IMG/VR virus record: IMGVR_UViG_3300035182_002389
Span: 96,001 to 160,000 of that record
Direction: 5' to 3' (one strand)
Source of the DNA: a virus
Taxonomy: Duplodnaviria > Caudoviricetes
Length of the DNA stretch: 64,000 bases
Shown here: one piece after another, positions 1 through 9,126 of the stretch
How the letters are laid out: each line of letters begins with the position of its first letter
Numbering within the stretch: the first letter of the stretch is position 1
The notes under the pieces: model-generated
What the model saw: the letters and a program-made list of their open reading frames with translations, nothing else
What the model was told of the DNA's origin: nothing
Databases searched by the model: none
Translations under genes and position numbers: made by a program

Positions 1-33
1 GTTGATCGCGACGTCGATGGTCTGCATGGCGGC

Positions 34-363
34 CTACTTCGAGCGGCGAAGGCTGCTCTTGTGCGACATCGGAATCGAGAGCGACAGCGGAGCGTCGCCT
101 GCGCGAACATCGTACACGACAGTTCCCGGCGCGCCGACCTCGTCGTTCTTTCGCGACCAGCGAGCGAGCAACTGTCTCACCTTGCCGCGGACCTCTACGA
201 CGTCGATGCGCGTTGTGTCGTCGCCGATGTTCGACGGCTCTTGGACGTGCACGTCGAACTCTCGGTAGAGACGGGCGAGATCCGAATAGCCCGTAGCGCC
301 GGCGCCCAGATGACCGCGCGGAAAGTAGTAGAGCAGACCGTAGTTCGGAGCTTTGGGCGCCAT
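34..363 (-). CDS. hypothetical protein
   Basis: 109-aa ORF with plausible composition; no motif recognised. Confidence 0.55.
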   Translation of the reverse strand: MAPKAPNYGLLYYFPRGHLGAGATGYSDLARLYREFDVHVQEPSNIGDDTTRIDVVEVRGKVRQLLARWSRKNDEVGAPGTVVYDVRAGDAPLSLSIPMSHKSSLRRSK

Positions 364-432
364 GGGCGTCCGTCGTACGCGCTCAAGCGAGAAGCCTCAA
401 CGCCGTCCACCAACCCCCACGGTTCTCTTCCA

Positions 433-981
433 TCACGTCGCTGGAAGCGGCCGAAACCCGTACTTTCCGAGCGCGTAGAACATGAGCAACGCGCGGGCTG
501 AGAGGAACGGAATCGCTGTCCCTTCGGTGCGCAAGTACGCCTGCGCCACCGTGATCGCGGGCAGCGCAAAGACCGTCTTCGTGCGCAGCGCAAAGGCGCC
601 CGTGAGCGTCAGGTCGATCGCCCAATCAAGGTTTCCGCCCAGCTCCGAGGTCTGCCCCGTCGCCCGCGCGACTCGGCCGTCCGCTTCGTCCGCGGCGATG
701 GAAGCCAATGCCCACCACGGCGAGCCGCCCGTGAGATAGGCGAGCCCGGCCACGTAGCCCGCGACGCTGATCGCGTTCGGCAGATTGAAGGGGCTCGGGG
801 CAGGCTCGGCCGAGGATGCCGGCGGGCGCGCGGGACCGCCCACGCTCGATGTCACATCAGCGGTGGACGCGATGCCAGCGGTGGATGCGATGCCAACGCT
901 CGACGTGGGGCCTCGCGGACGCAGCCAGTCGAATCCATAGCACGCAGAAAGGTCGGGTCTCACCGGCGCCATGGCATCCAT
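433..981 (-). CDS. CDP-alcohol phosphatidyltransferase family protein
   Basis: DEADGRVARATGQTSELGGNLDWAID matches the D-x2-D-G-x2-A-R-x8-G-x3-D-x3-D signature; hydrophobic helices; start re-assigned to Met at 981 (or 972). Confidence 0.85.
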   Translation of the reverse strand: MDAMAPVRPDLSACYGFDWLRPRGPTSSVGIASTAGIASTADVTSSVGGPARPPASSAEPAPSPFNLPNAISVAGYVAGLAYLTGGSPWWALASIAADEADGRVARATGQTSELGGNLDWAIDLTLTGAFALRTKTVFALPAITVAQAYLRTEGTAIPFLSARALLMFYALGKYGFRPLPAT

Positions 982-998
982 TCTACCTGTGAAGATCC

Positions 999-1544
999 TC
1001 AGCGACCACGTCGGACTGACACGCTCTGCCACGAGCCCGCCATCGCGCGGCTCAACGGCATGCCGTGCAAGGATCCGCTCCACAAGCGCAACGGAGAGCG
1101 CTCGACGGACTCGATCGCCGAGAGGCGAAAGAGCGCGACGCTCCAGTGTCGATACCCCTCCGCACTGTCGTCGCAGATGACTGCGTCGACGCGGCGAGCG
1201 CGAAAGAACGGAGCGCCCTCGTACAAGTCGAGGTTCTCGTAGGTCGCGTGCTTCTCCCACTCCCACAGGGCCGCGCGCTCGCGCGTCGCGATGTGCTTCT
1301 GGAAGGCTCGAACCGAGGAGCGTTCGAGGTCGAGGATGTCGACGACGTTGCTGCTCGGTCGCAGCATGATCTTCCAGATCGTGCACGAGGGCTTCTGACC
1401 GTGGAACCTTGCGTACGCGTACGCGGCGATGGGGTTCGCCGTGAGCCAGAGGATGCCGTTGCCGTTGAGCGCGAGGCGGTCGTAGTCCTCGCACGTGCCG
1501 TGGTAGAGCGGTTGTCGCCAAACGCGGGAACGTGCGGAGGACAT
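999..1544 (-). CDS. ADP-ribosyltransferase-fold protein (ART-PolyVal-like)
   Basis: LYHGT ... GILWLTANPIAAYAYA pattern. Confidence 0.6.
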   Translation of the reverse strand: MSSARSRVWRQPLYHGTCEDYDRLALNGNGILWLTANPIAAYAYARFHGQKPSCTIWKIMLRPSSNVVDILDLERSSVRAFQKHIATRERAALWEWEKHATYENLDLYEGAPFFRARRVDAVICDDSAEGYRHWSVALFRLSAIESVERSPLRLWSGSLHGMPLSRAMAGSWQSVSVRRGR

Positions 1545-1575
1545 GGTCGTTCAATCTGCGTTCGAGGCCGATGAG

Positions 1576-1708
1576 CAAGACAGGAAGAGAGCGAGAACGC
1601 TCGGGGGCTGCGCGCCCCCGAACCCCGCGCCACCTGCGGTGGGGCTCCTGTTGGGGCTCTGCCCCAAACCCCGCTGAGGGGCGCTCACAGCGCGCCCCTC
1701 AGACTCCC
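1576..1708 (-). repeat. family-1 four-hairpin element, copy 1
   Basis: TCGGGGGCTGCGCGCCCCCGAACCCCGCGCCACCTGCGGTGGGGC...TTGGGGCTCTGCCCCAAACCCCGCTGAGGGGCGC...CCCCTCAGACTCC; abuts the TAG of the upstream minus-strand gene. Confidence 0.95.
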
Positions 1709-2718
1709 TACTGCTGAAGCTCTTGCAGGCGCTGGTCGGCCATCTGCGCCAGCTCGCTGCACCCATTCGCGGCAGCCGCGTCGCGCGTCTGCTGGATGGC
1801 GCCCTGATTCTGAGAGTTCATCACTTGGTCGAGGACGTTGCGGTACGCGTCCGCGACGTAACCGTTCGTGCAGCCGACCTGGCCGAACGGCGTGTTGATG
1901 AGCGAGGCCTGCATGCGCTGCTTCGCGTACGTGGCCAGCTCGCTGCAACCGTTTGCTTGGGCGACGTTGAGCGTGTCCTGGAGCTGCGTCTGGTCGGTTG
2001 CCCGACTGACCTGATCGAGCACGCCGCGATACGCGGACGCCACGAGTCCGGCCGAACAGACGACCGGGCCGAAGGGCGTGTTGAACGCGAGCGACTGAAG
2101 CCGCTGCGTCGCTGCATCCGTGAGCGCGGGGCAGTTGTGCGACTGCGCGATGTCGATGATCTGCTGGAGCGCGTCCGCGTCCTGCGAATCGTGAATCCGG
2201 TCGAGGACGTGATCCTGGTCGTCGTACGTCTCGTTGTTCGAGCAGACGATTCGGCCCATCGGCGTCTCGATGGTGAACGCGAGCATTCGGTTGTCGATGG
2301 CCTGCGTCAGATCATCGCAGCCGAGCGATTGGGAGACGTTGCGCGCGTAGTTGAGGTCTTGCATGTTCGACGACGATCGCGCCCCGTCAAGCACGCTGCG
2401 GTAGGCGTTGAGCACGCTCCCGCTCTCACACGCGACCGGCCCAAAGGGCGTGTCGGTCGTCGCCACCGGCGTGGCCGGCGTCGGTTCGGCCGGCTTGGGC
2501 GTGTTGTGGATGACGTCGGGCTGCACGACGGGCGGGACATACGCGGGCGGCGCGGGCGGCGCAGGGAGGACGGGCGTGCCCGGGAGCTTCTGCGAGGGCA
2601 CGATGGGCGGAGCGGCTGCGGGCGCCGCCGCCTTCGACGATTTCGCGATGAGGACGACCGCTGCGATGGCCGCGATGCCGCCGCCGACGAACAGAATCTT
2701 CTTGGTGTTCGGGTCCAT
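1708..2718 (-). CDS. signal-anchored protein with four ~61-aa two-Cys helical repeats
   Basis: N-terminal ILFVGGGIAAIAAVVLIAK anchor, Pro-rich linker, four TP(F/M)GxxxC...(G/N)CxxL repeats. Confidence 0.8.
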   Translation of the reverse strand: MDPNTKKILFVGGGIAAIAAVVLIAKSSKAAAPAAAPPIVPSQKLPGTPVLPAPPAPPAYVPPVVQPDVIHNTPKPAEPTPATPVATTDTPFGPVACESGSVLNAYRSVLDGARSSSNMQDLNYARNVSQSLGCDDLTQAIDNRMLAFTIETPMGRIVCSNNETYDDQDHVLDRIHDSQDADALQQIIDIAQSHNCPALTDAATQRLQSLAFNTPFGPVVCSAGLVASAYRGVLDQVSRATDQTQLQDTLNVAQANGCSELATYAKQRMQASLINTPFGQVGCTNGYVADAYRNVLDQVMNSQNQGAIQQTRDAAAANGCSELAQMADQRLQELQQ

Positions 2719-2750
2719 GTTCTTCCTCACCGCTCTCTGATGTGCGGACA

Positions 2751-2764
2751 GCTTATCACAAGCC
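2751..2764. promoter_or_regulatory. palindromic operator-like site
   Basis: GCTTATCACAAGCC, member of the G(G/A)CTT-N5-AAGYY family. Confidence 0.6.
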
Positions 2765-2766
2765 GG

Positions 2767-3390
2767 CTACCGACCAATGGACGCGTCGTAGTCCTTCTCT
2801 TCGCGCATCGGCGGCCTGTAGTGCACGTCGACCTTGATGCCGAACTTCGCGACCAGTGCTTCGACGGCCAACTGGTCGATGGACCGCGTGCGCCGATCGA
2901 TCTTCCCCCTGAGCTGACCGCCTTGCCCGAACCGGCCGAACATGAAATGCGGGTGATGTCTCGGCAGAAAATCCGGCACGATGTAACCGCGACAGAGAGA
3001 GCCGTCCTTCTCCCAGACGTACATGTGAATGTGGTCGGGATGGCTCATCGCCGTCGATGAGGAGTTCTTCGGGTACGGCCCGTGTGCGCGTCCTTGCGGC
3101 GGTCGAGGCGTCAACAAAGGCTTGCCGCCCACCTTCAACGCGCCGGCGCCGACGATGTACTGCCCGTCCTTGCGGCTCTCGACCATCATCTGATCGGTCG
3201 GTTTCGAGGATCGCATCTCCGCCGACGCGTACGGCTCGAACATGTTGATCTCGCCGAGCACCTTCACGCGCTCTTTGCCGCGGTAGGCGATGAAGGGGAA
3301 GCGTGCGCGCACGAGCGCCGCAAGCTCAGCGTCCCGCAGCTCCTTGAACCGAAGCTGCTCGGCCGCCGAGAGGTCGTCCCAATACTTCAT
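2767..3390 (-). CDS. hypothetical protein
   Basis: 207-aa ORF; TAATCT hexamer 6 nt before the ATG. Confidence 0.7.
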   Translation of the reverse strand: MKYWDDLSAAEQLRFKELRDAELAALVRARFPFIAYRGKERVKVLGEINMFEPYASAEMRSSKPTDQMMVESRKDGQYIVGAGALKVGGKPLLTPRPPQGRAHGPYPKNSSSTAMSHPDHIHMYVWEKDGSLCRGYIVPDFLPRHHPHFMFGRFGQGGQLRGKIDRRTRSIDQLAVEALVAKFGIKVDVHYRPPMREEKDYDASIGR

Positions 3391-3436
3391 GGCGCAAGAT
3401 TACTCACAAAGCCGCGTCGCGTATACGTGCCGGCGG

Positions 3437-3451
3437 GGCTTGTGACAAGCC
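3437..3451. promoter_or_regulatory. palindromic operator-like site
   Basis: GGCTTGTGACAAGCC between divergent genes. Confidence 0.65.
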
Positions 3452-3491
3452 AGCCTTGGCATGCGTCAGGGCGCGTGCGAAGCTCTCCGCC

Positions 3492-3854
3492 ATGGCCAAG
3501 ACCTCGCTGCAACCGTGGGAGCGCAAGCTGAGCCCCGAAATCCGATCCCGCATCGAGGCGGGTCGCACCCGCGACCTGAAGGACAGGCTTCGTGCGACGT
3601 CGAACGTCATGGCCTCCACCGCCTACGCGTTCTTGGAGACCGCGAAGGAAGACCGAAAGCTCTTCGAGCTTCTCGCGAACCATTTCCACGGCGACCCCTA
3701 CTACATGAGCAAAGAGCGCGCGTGGCACGCGGCCAGCCACGTGATGCAGGCGCTGCGCGCCGAAGCCAAGAAGCTCATGAAACACGCCACGTACGCCAGC
3801 TCGATGGCGCGAGGGGCCGAGCGCAAGCTCTCGAAGCTCGGCGCGCGCCAGTAG
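3492..3854 (+). CDS. hypothetical protein
   Basis: ORF starting MAKTSLQPWERK; helical, basic. Confidence 0.65.
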   Translation: MAKTSLQPWERKLSPEIRSRIEAGRTRDLKDRLRATSNVMASTAYAFLETAKEDRKLFELLANHFHGDPYYMSKERAWHAASHVMQALRAEAKKLMKHATYASSMARGAERKLSKLGARQ

Positions 3855-3916
3855 ACGTCGACGATCGCTCCCCCATTTCGCGCCCGACTTCCGACAAGCC
3901 GTGATAGAATCAGCGG

Positions 3917-4246
3917 ATGTCGAGCCTGTCGCCGCACACCTTCACCGATTCCGATCACCACGTCCTCGACCGCGCCTCGCGCGAGTGGTGGAAGCTCGGA
4001 TGGGACTGCCTCGATTTCACGCTCTCCCACATGCGATGGGTGCGCGGTCGAGAGGGCATCGAAGTGTGGTCGACCGCGCGCGGCATCGACGTCTTCCACG
4101 TGATCGACGGTTCGCGCACCACACTTCGACCTGGAGGGTTTCGCGCGGGCAAGGCCCACGAGATCCTCAAGGTGCTCGCGCCCGTCCTCCATGCGCCGAC
4201 CTCTTCCATCGCGCCGACTTCTTCGCGCCGCGGCTCGCTGCGCTGA
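3917..4246 (+). CDS. hypothetical protein
   Basis: 109-aa ORF; TAGAAT shortly upstream. Confidence 0.6.
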   Translation: MSSLSPHTFTDSDHHVLDRASREWWKLGWDCLDFTLSHMRWVRGREGIEVWSTARGIDVFHVIDGSRTTLRPGGFRAGKAHEILKVLAPVLHAPTSSIAPTSSRRGSLR

Positions 4247-4256
4247 CGCGGGCCTC

Positions 4257-4976
4257 TCACCCCTCGACGTTGCGGAGCACGGTGTTGACGACTCGCTTGC
4301 GGTCGCGCGGCGACCAGTAGGGCGAGTAGAGACGCCATGTCTCACTCTGCTTCAGCATCACGCTCAAGCCTTCGCTCTTGCCGAACAGCTTCACGAACCG
4401 CTCGTACGCGGGGAGGATGTTCGACAGCTCGTCGAGGATGTTGATCAGGTACGCGGACACCTCTTTGCGCTGCGCGTAGTGCGTGCGCGGATCGTGCTCG
4501 ACTCTCCCTCGGGCCGCAGCGAACGCAGCGTCCGCTCCAGGGCCTGCCGTGTACGTCGGTCGAATCCCAGGGTCCGAGGCGTGACCAAGCTCGTGGATGA
4601 GCGTCTTGTAGAACTGCGAGGCGATGAGATCGCTGCCCGCAGCGGAGCGGTGAAGCTCGCTTGCGGGCACGCTGCCGTTGAACAGCAGCACGACGACGGG
4701 TTTGCCGTCGGGGGCGTGGCCGTAGCCGCCCTCGTGGACGTAGGCGCGCTCGTTCATGCGCCTCGCCAAGAGGACGATGTAGACCGTCTTCGACCATCCT
4801 CGGGCGTCGAGGATCTCGTACGGCTTGCCGGCCAAGAGCGTCTGGTCGCCGAGCGCGCCCGAATGCCCCTTCGTCTTCTCTGCGACGACGTCCTGAAGCT
4901 CTTTCGCGAGCCGCCTCGCCGAAGGCTTGTGGACCGGCAGCGTGCGGGCAAACCGATCGGCGGAAGAGTTCATCAT
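4257..4976 (-). CDS. zincin-like metallopeptidase-domain protein
   Basis: LIHELGHASD HExxH motif and downstream E (KEVSAY). Confidence 0.6.
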   Translation of the reverse strand: MMNSSADRFARTLPVHKPSARRLAKELQDVVAEKTKGHSGALGDQTLLAGKPYEILDARGWSKTVYIVLLARRMNERAYVHEGGYGHAPDGKPVVVLLFNGSVPASELHRSAAGSDLIASQFYKTLIHELGHASDPGIRPTYTAGPGADAAFAAARGRVEHDPRTHYAQRKEVSAYLINILDELSNILPAYERFVKLFGKSEGLSVMLKQSETWRLYSPYWSPRDRKRVVNTVLRNVEG

Positions 4977-5000
4977 CTCGGACTCAAGCCTATCAGAGCC

Positions 5001-5137
5001 AAATCGAATCGAGAGCGAGACGCTCGGGGGCTGCGCGCCCCCGAACCCTGCGCCACCTGCGGTGGGGCTACTGTTGGGGGCTCTGCCCCCAAACCCCCGC
5101 TGAGGGCGCTTTCAGCGCGCCCTCAGACTCCCCGCCG
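5001..5137 (-). repeat. family-1 four-hairpin element, copy 2
   Basis: Near-identical to copy 1; AAATCGAATCGAGAGCGAGACG tail; overlaps the 3' end of CDS 5068-5709. Confidence 0.95.
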
Positions 5138-5709
5138 ACATACCCCCATTCGAGGATCGAGTCGCCGTTCGTGTAGAGCGTGCGCGCGGGGACGACCTTG
5201 CTCACGATGGCGTAGTGGCCGCGCATCGGGCCTTCGCCGTGTGAGGCGGCATACGCGCGGTCGAGCGCCACCCAATCGCCCGGGTTGATGGTCGCGCGCC
5301 GAACCTTCTCGGGCGGCGGCATGGCGCGCAGTTGCGCGAGCGAGGCCACGATCGAGTCGTAGAGAGCAGATTTGGAGTGCGCGCCGTAGACAGCCCTGCG
5401 CGACGGCGGGAGCTGTCCGCGACGAAGCAGAGACGCGCGGTCGGCCTCCATCTGACGGATCTGCGCATCGCGGTTCGCGGGCAGCTTGATCGTCGCGCGG
5501 TAGATGCGCACCGGGCGGTTCGGATGGCCCCGCATGCGGCGGACAATCCCCCACGTGACGAGGTCCGTGCCGTCGCCGACGCCGTAGTACCGAGGGCCAA
5601 GCGACGAGTAGACGTCCTCAGGGTAGACGCTGCCCGCCGTGAGGTCGTGCAGCGGTGCCGCCTCGCGGCCGGGCGCTCTGTGGTCGATCCGGTAGTCGTC
5701 GTTGCTCAT
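5068..5709 (-). CDS. phage protein with YRA...INPGDWV...YA..HG...EWGY motifs (ART-like fold suspected); last ~22 aa encoded by the repeat element
   Basis: Starts MSNDDYRIDH, overlapping the stop of the RHH gene; after EWGYV the frame reads through element copy 2. Confidence 0.65.
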   Translation of the reverse strand: MSNDDYRIDHRAPGREAAPLHDLTAGSVYPEDVYSSLGPRYYGVGDGTDLVTWGIVRRMRGHPNRPVRIYRATIKLPANRDAQIRQMEADRASLLRRGQLPPSRRAVYGAHSKSALYDSIVASLAQLRAMPPPEKVRRATINPGDWVALDRAYAASHGEGPMRGHYAIVSKVVPARTLYTNGDSILEWGYVGGESEGALKAPSAGVWGQSPQQ

Positions 5710-5960
5710 GACGTCTTTCGACGAAGGATCGCGAGAAAGTAGCGCACGACATAGAGCCGCGCGCTCTCGGAGAACGTTGCGACCGAGCGGCCTTGCGGAC
5801 TTTTCGGTCGGAGCATGTCGATCTCGTTCAGGACGACGTCGATGGAGACGAGCTTGTGGCGCGCGATGGTCTCGATCGCCTCCCAGAACTCGGGCTCCAG
5901 CGACACGCTGGTGCGCTTGCCGCGAAGACTCACGTTGCGGACGTTGGCAGAGCGAGGCAT
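5706..5960 (-). CDS. ribbon-helix-helix DNA-binding protein (RHH_4-like)
   Basis: RNVSLRGKRTSVSLEPEFWEAIETIA; ATGA coupling to the upstream gene. Confidence 0.8.
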   Translation of the reverse strand: MPRSANVRNVSLRGKRTSVSLEPEFWEAIETIARHKLVSIDVVLNEIDMLRPKSPQGRSVATFSESARLYVVRYFLAILRRKTS

Positions 5961-6274
5961 CAGCGACCGATCGATCTGGCCCAGAGGTAGGTGCCCTTGG
6001 AGATGGTGTAGAAGGTGTCCCCCTTCCACGCTCGGTACTCGGACTTTTCGGCCTTCTTCTTGAGGTTGGCCTCGTAGATGCGCTGCTCGTCGCCATCCAT
6101 CCGATTGAACTTCACGCGGTCGAAGAAGTCGCGCCAGTTCGGCTTGACCTCCTCCACACGATCCGCGTACTGGCCGACCCACTCCAGCTCCGTCATCACG
6201 CCTTCGGGGAAGCGAAGCAGGCGCGCCGACGTGCCGATCGAAGAGAGTGAGGAGGAGGTCTTTCTCGAAGCCAT
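5960..6274 (-). CDS. hypothetical protein
   Basis: Starts MASRKTSS after a GAGG SD-like sequence; TGA overlaps the RHH start. Confidence 0.65.
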   Translation of the reverse strand: MASRKTSSSLSSIGTSARLLRFPEGVMTELEWVGQYADRVEEVKPNWRDFFDRVKFNRMDGDEQRIYEANLKKKAEKSEYRAWKGDTFYTISKGTYLWARSIGR

Positions 6275-6286
6275 GGAAACCTCTTG

Positions 6287-6451
6287 CGAGCGAAACGAGA
6301 GCGAGACGAGACGAGAGCGAGACGAGAGCGAGACGAGAGTGGGGGCTGCGCACCCCCACACCCCGCGCCACCTGCGGTGGGGCTACTGTTGGGGGCTCTG
6401 CCCCCAAACCCCCGCTGAGGGCGCTTTCAGCGCGCCCTCAGACTCCCGCCG
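6287..6451 (-). repeat. family-1 four-hairpin element, copy 3
   Basis: Core plus a long (GAGAC/GAGAGC)n tail; supplies the stop codon of CDS 6427-6975. Confidence 0.95.
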
Positions 6452-6975
6452 TTGCGGGCCTTGAGCGTCGCGATCTTCGACACGAGCGTGTCGTAGCCGC
6501 GCGGCGTCGGGACGGCCTTCGGAGCGGTCGCCATCATCGGACCCGGCACGCTGCTGGAGGGCGCGGCGACGGGCGCGGGGGCCTGCATGAGCACCTTGAA
6601 CTCGTCGACGACGGCCTGGAGGTTCTGCACGGCCGTCATCAGGTCGGCGATGACCTTCGAGAAGTCGGGGTTGCTCTGCTTCAGGTCGGCGGCGGCCTGC
6701 ACGGAGGCCTGCAAGGCGTCGACGGCGCTGTTGACCGCGAGAACGCTCTCGTCGAACTTCGCCTGCGCGACGGCCTGCTTGTCGGCCGGGATGGCGGGCT
6801 TGATGCTGCCGAACACGACCTCGGCGATCGAGAGGATGGTGCTGATCGACTGGATCAGGCTCTCGGTCTGCGCGACCGGGTCCTTCTGGAAGTTCGACCA
6901 CCACGTCGAGCAACTGGTGAGCGAGAGCACGGGGACGATGAGCGCGATGGCGGTGAACTTGTAGAGCTTTCGCAT
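6427..6975 (-). CDS. putative lipoprotein
   Basis: MRKLYKFTAIALIVPVLSLTSC lipobox-like signal; amphipathic helices; C-terminal GGSLRAR-stop comes from element copy 3. Confidence 0.7.
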   Translation of the reverse strand: MRKLYKFTAIALIVPVLSLTSCSTWWSNFQKDPVAQTESLIQSISTILSIAEVVFGSIKPAIPADKQAVAQAKFDESVLAVNSAVDALQASVQAAADLKQSNPDFSKVIADLMTAVQNLQAVVDEFKVLMQAPAPVAAPSSSVPGPMMATAPKAVPTPRGYDTLVSKIATLKARNGGSLRAR

Positions 6976-7029
6976 GGTAGGGCAAGCCTATCCGCAAAGG
7001 CGGTGCGCATCTACGATCGCGCCGAAAAT

Positions 7030-7665
7030 CTACCTCGGCACGATCCAGAGCACGTCCGTGTACTTGACTCCGAGATCGGAGAGGACCGCAAGCCGGTGGA
7101 ACCCATCGAGGATAGCGCCCTGAACGTCCACCAGAACGGGCCAAGGCTTGCCGCCGCGCTTCAACTTGTCGGCGATGGCGTCGTATCGTTCGAGGTGGCT
7201 CATCTCGTCGGAGTCGCCGGAGTCATCAGCGCCTTCGCCGAACGCGTAGACGTTTCGAGAAGCTGGCGCAAAGAGCGCGATGGGCACGCCGCGCACGAGG
7301 TACACGCGACGCTTTGCGATCTCCTGGACGGCGCGCCATTGCACTGAACGTGCAAGTATCGCAGCGACCGATCTTGTCGCAGATGAGACCTCTCGCTTGG
7401 GCGAGTTTTGGATCCAACACAAACGAGGCCACTCCGAAGAAGCGGCGTACGCGGTCGCGCATTTGTTCGCGAGAGCGTGCGTTTTGCCCTCCCCCCGCAT
7501 GAAGGCGTACACGCCCGCATAGGCTCTCGACGGGCTCTGTGACATGCCTTCCACGCGCAGCCGACGGTACTCGGCCGAGAAATGTTCCAGCGTCACGTTC
7601 GACGCCCGGAAGAGCCCCGTCGACTTGACGAAGGCTCGGTACTCTTTGCGGATCTCGCTGAGCAT
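7030..7665 (-). CDS. ParB/Sulfiredoxin-like domain protein
   Basis: WPVLVDVQGAILDGFHRLAVL. Confidence 0.65.
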   Translation of the reverse strand: MLSEIRKEYRAFVKSTGLFRASNVTLEHFSAEYRRLRVEGMSQSPSRAYAGVYAFMRGEGKTHALANKCATAYAASSEWPRLCWIQNSPKREVSSATRSVAAILARSVQWRAVQEIAKRRVYLVRGVPIALFAPASRNVYAFGEGADDSGDSDEMSHLERYDAIADKLKRGGKPWPVLVDVQGAILDGFHRLAVLSDLGVKYTDVLWIVPR

Positions 7666-7733
7666 GAGGTCAGATTATCCGCGAAGGCGGCGCACATCCA
7701 TGGCGCGACGAGCTTGTGGTAAGTTCGAGCCCC

Positions 7734-8222
7734 ATGAACTCTGTGGTCCTCAGTTCAGGCAACAGCTTCATCGTTCACGGGCGCGGGGCGTTCCGTGAAA
7801 GGCGCTTCCACTCGGGGAGCGAAGCGGCCCTCTACGCGGCCAAGAAATCCATGGCGGGCCATGGCCTCGTCCTGATCGACGTTGTCGAGGCGCCGCGCGG
7901 CGCCGTTCAAGGATCGCTCTGGAAGACCTTCGGGCGAGGCGCGCATCGCGCCTTGCAGACCCTCAAAATCTTCGTCGAGCACCGCCCGAACGAACACCTG
8001 TCGAGCTTCCAAGGCTCCGTCGATCCTGCGGTCACGGGCTATCGCATCTCCTCGCGCAAGCTCGGATCGGGCCACCGGACCATGGTCAAGGACCTCGGCC
8101 GGGCGTTCAAGGAGGCCATCTGGGGCAGCTTGCGGACCGGCGAGGCCGCCGTCATCTGGGAGGTCAGTCGCGACGGCAACAACCGCTCCCCGTACACCGT
8201 CTCGGCCGAGCAGGTCCAATAG
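7734..8222 (+). CDS. hypothetical protein
   Basis: ORF starting MNSVVLSS; TAAGTT 8 nt upstream. Confidence 0.6.
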   Translation: MNSVVLSSGNSFIVHGRGAFRERRFHSGSEAALYAAKKSMAGHGLVLIDVVEAPRGAVQGSLWKTFGRGAHRALQTLKIFVEHRPNEHLSSFQGSVDPAVTGYRISSRKLGSGHRTMVKDLGRAFKEAIWGSLRTGEAAVIWEVSRDGNNRSPYTVSAEQVQ

Positions 8223-8231
8223 AGCTTCGCC

Positions 8232-8711
8232 TTACATTCGAGGCTCGCGGATCATGACGCCGGGAAGAAAATCCGGGGCCTTCTCCAGCTTGAAGCCGAA
8301 CCGCTCGTAGTAGGCCACGAGTCGAGCGCGCTGCTTGTGCTCTGGATAGAGCGCGATTCGATACCCTCGCTCGTCGGCGAAATCCGTGAGCGCCTGGACT
8401 GCGCGCGATCCGAGGCCTTGGCCGCGCATCTTCATCGGCACCTTGAGGTCGATGAGCATGACGATGGGCGGGCCAGCCTTGTACTCCACGAGCGCTGTCG
8501 CGAACTCGCCGCGAACACCGAGCGTTCGACGCACGGTTGCACTGAATCGAGCCAGCTCGTCGGCGCGTGCGCGAGAGGGTGAGCGGTGCACGGGAGTCAG
8601 CCTACCGGCAACGGTGATGCGCATCCACCCCCTCGCTCTCGCCCTCACAATCTGATGCCTCATCCGAGGCCGCTGCCGAGCCTGGGGCGGGCCCAGGCGG
8701 GGACGGGGCAT
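8232..8711 (-). CDS. GNAT-family acetyltransferase
   Basis: VPMKMRGQGLGSRAV acetyl-CoA motif A and LVAYYERFGF motif B; start uncertain. Confidence 0.75.
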   Translation of the reverse strand: MPRPRLGPPQARQRPRMRHQIVRARARGWMRITVAGRLTPVHRSPSRARADELARFSATVRRTLGVRGEFATALVEYKAGPPIVMLIDLKVPMKMRGQGLGSRAVQALTDFADERGYRIALYPEHKQRARLVAYYERFGFKLEKAPDFLPGVMIREPRM

Positions 8712-8733
8712 CAGATTCTACGATGAGCAGGTG
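8704..8733 (-). repeat. 30-bp direct repeat containing TAGAAT (copy 1)
   Basis: CGGGGCATCAGATTCTACGATGAGCAGGTG, identical at 9062-9091. Confidence 0.85.
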
Positions 8734-8754
8734 GTTGCGGCGGCGCGCCTCAGC

Positions 8755-9015
8755 TCACGTGAAGGTCTTGAGGTACTTCAAACCGGCGATCTCATCGGGC
8801 TCGTACTTCTCAGCTCCGAAGAGATCGAGCGTCGCATCGCGATAGTCGTGGATAGCGCCAGATGCGATTTGCTTCGCGTCGGACGCTGTTGCTACGAGAC
8901 CGTCTCGCGAGGGGGCCACCTTCGCCACCATGTCGAGGCGCTGAGCCCGCGAAAGAACGCTGCCCCACAGGATGCCGCAGAGCTTTTTCTCAATGGTCAC
9001 AGCGCGTCGGGCCAT
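8755..9015 (-). CDS. hypothetical protein
   Basis: 86-aa ORF between the two 30-bp repeats. Confidence 0.55.
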   Translation of the reverse strand: MARRAVTIEKKLCGILWGSVLSRAQRLDMVAKVAPSRDGLVATASDAKQIASGAIHDYRDATLDLFGAEKYEPDEIAGLKYLKTFT

Positions 9016-9061
9016 ACGAGCGAGGGTAGATCGTCAAAGCGGAAAGTTCAACGAAGCGGGC

Positions 9062-9091
9062 CGGGGCATCAGATTCTACGATGAGCAGGTG
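9062..9091 (-). repeat. 30-bp direct repeat containing TAGAAT (copy 2)
   Basis: Identical to 8704-8733. Confidence 0.85.
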
Positions 9092-9126
9092 AGTGCGGTG
9101 GCGCAGCTCATGGCAGATTTCTCGCC

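Noticed and set aside
1601-1708. HDV-like or theta ribozyme interpretation of family-1
   Set aside because: Four serial hairpins with no nested double pseudoknot or catalytic C context; loop conservation fits DNA GNA triloops better
5001-6451. Composite transposon bounded by family-1 copies 2 and 3
   Set aside because: Copies are direct and dispersed elsewhere; no transposase or flanking duplication around the pair
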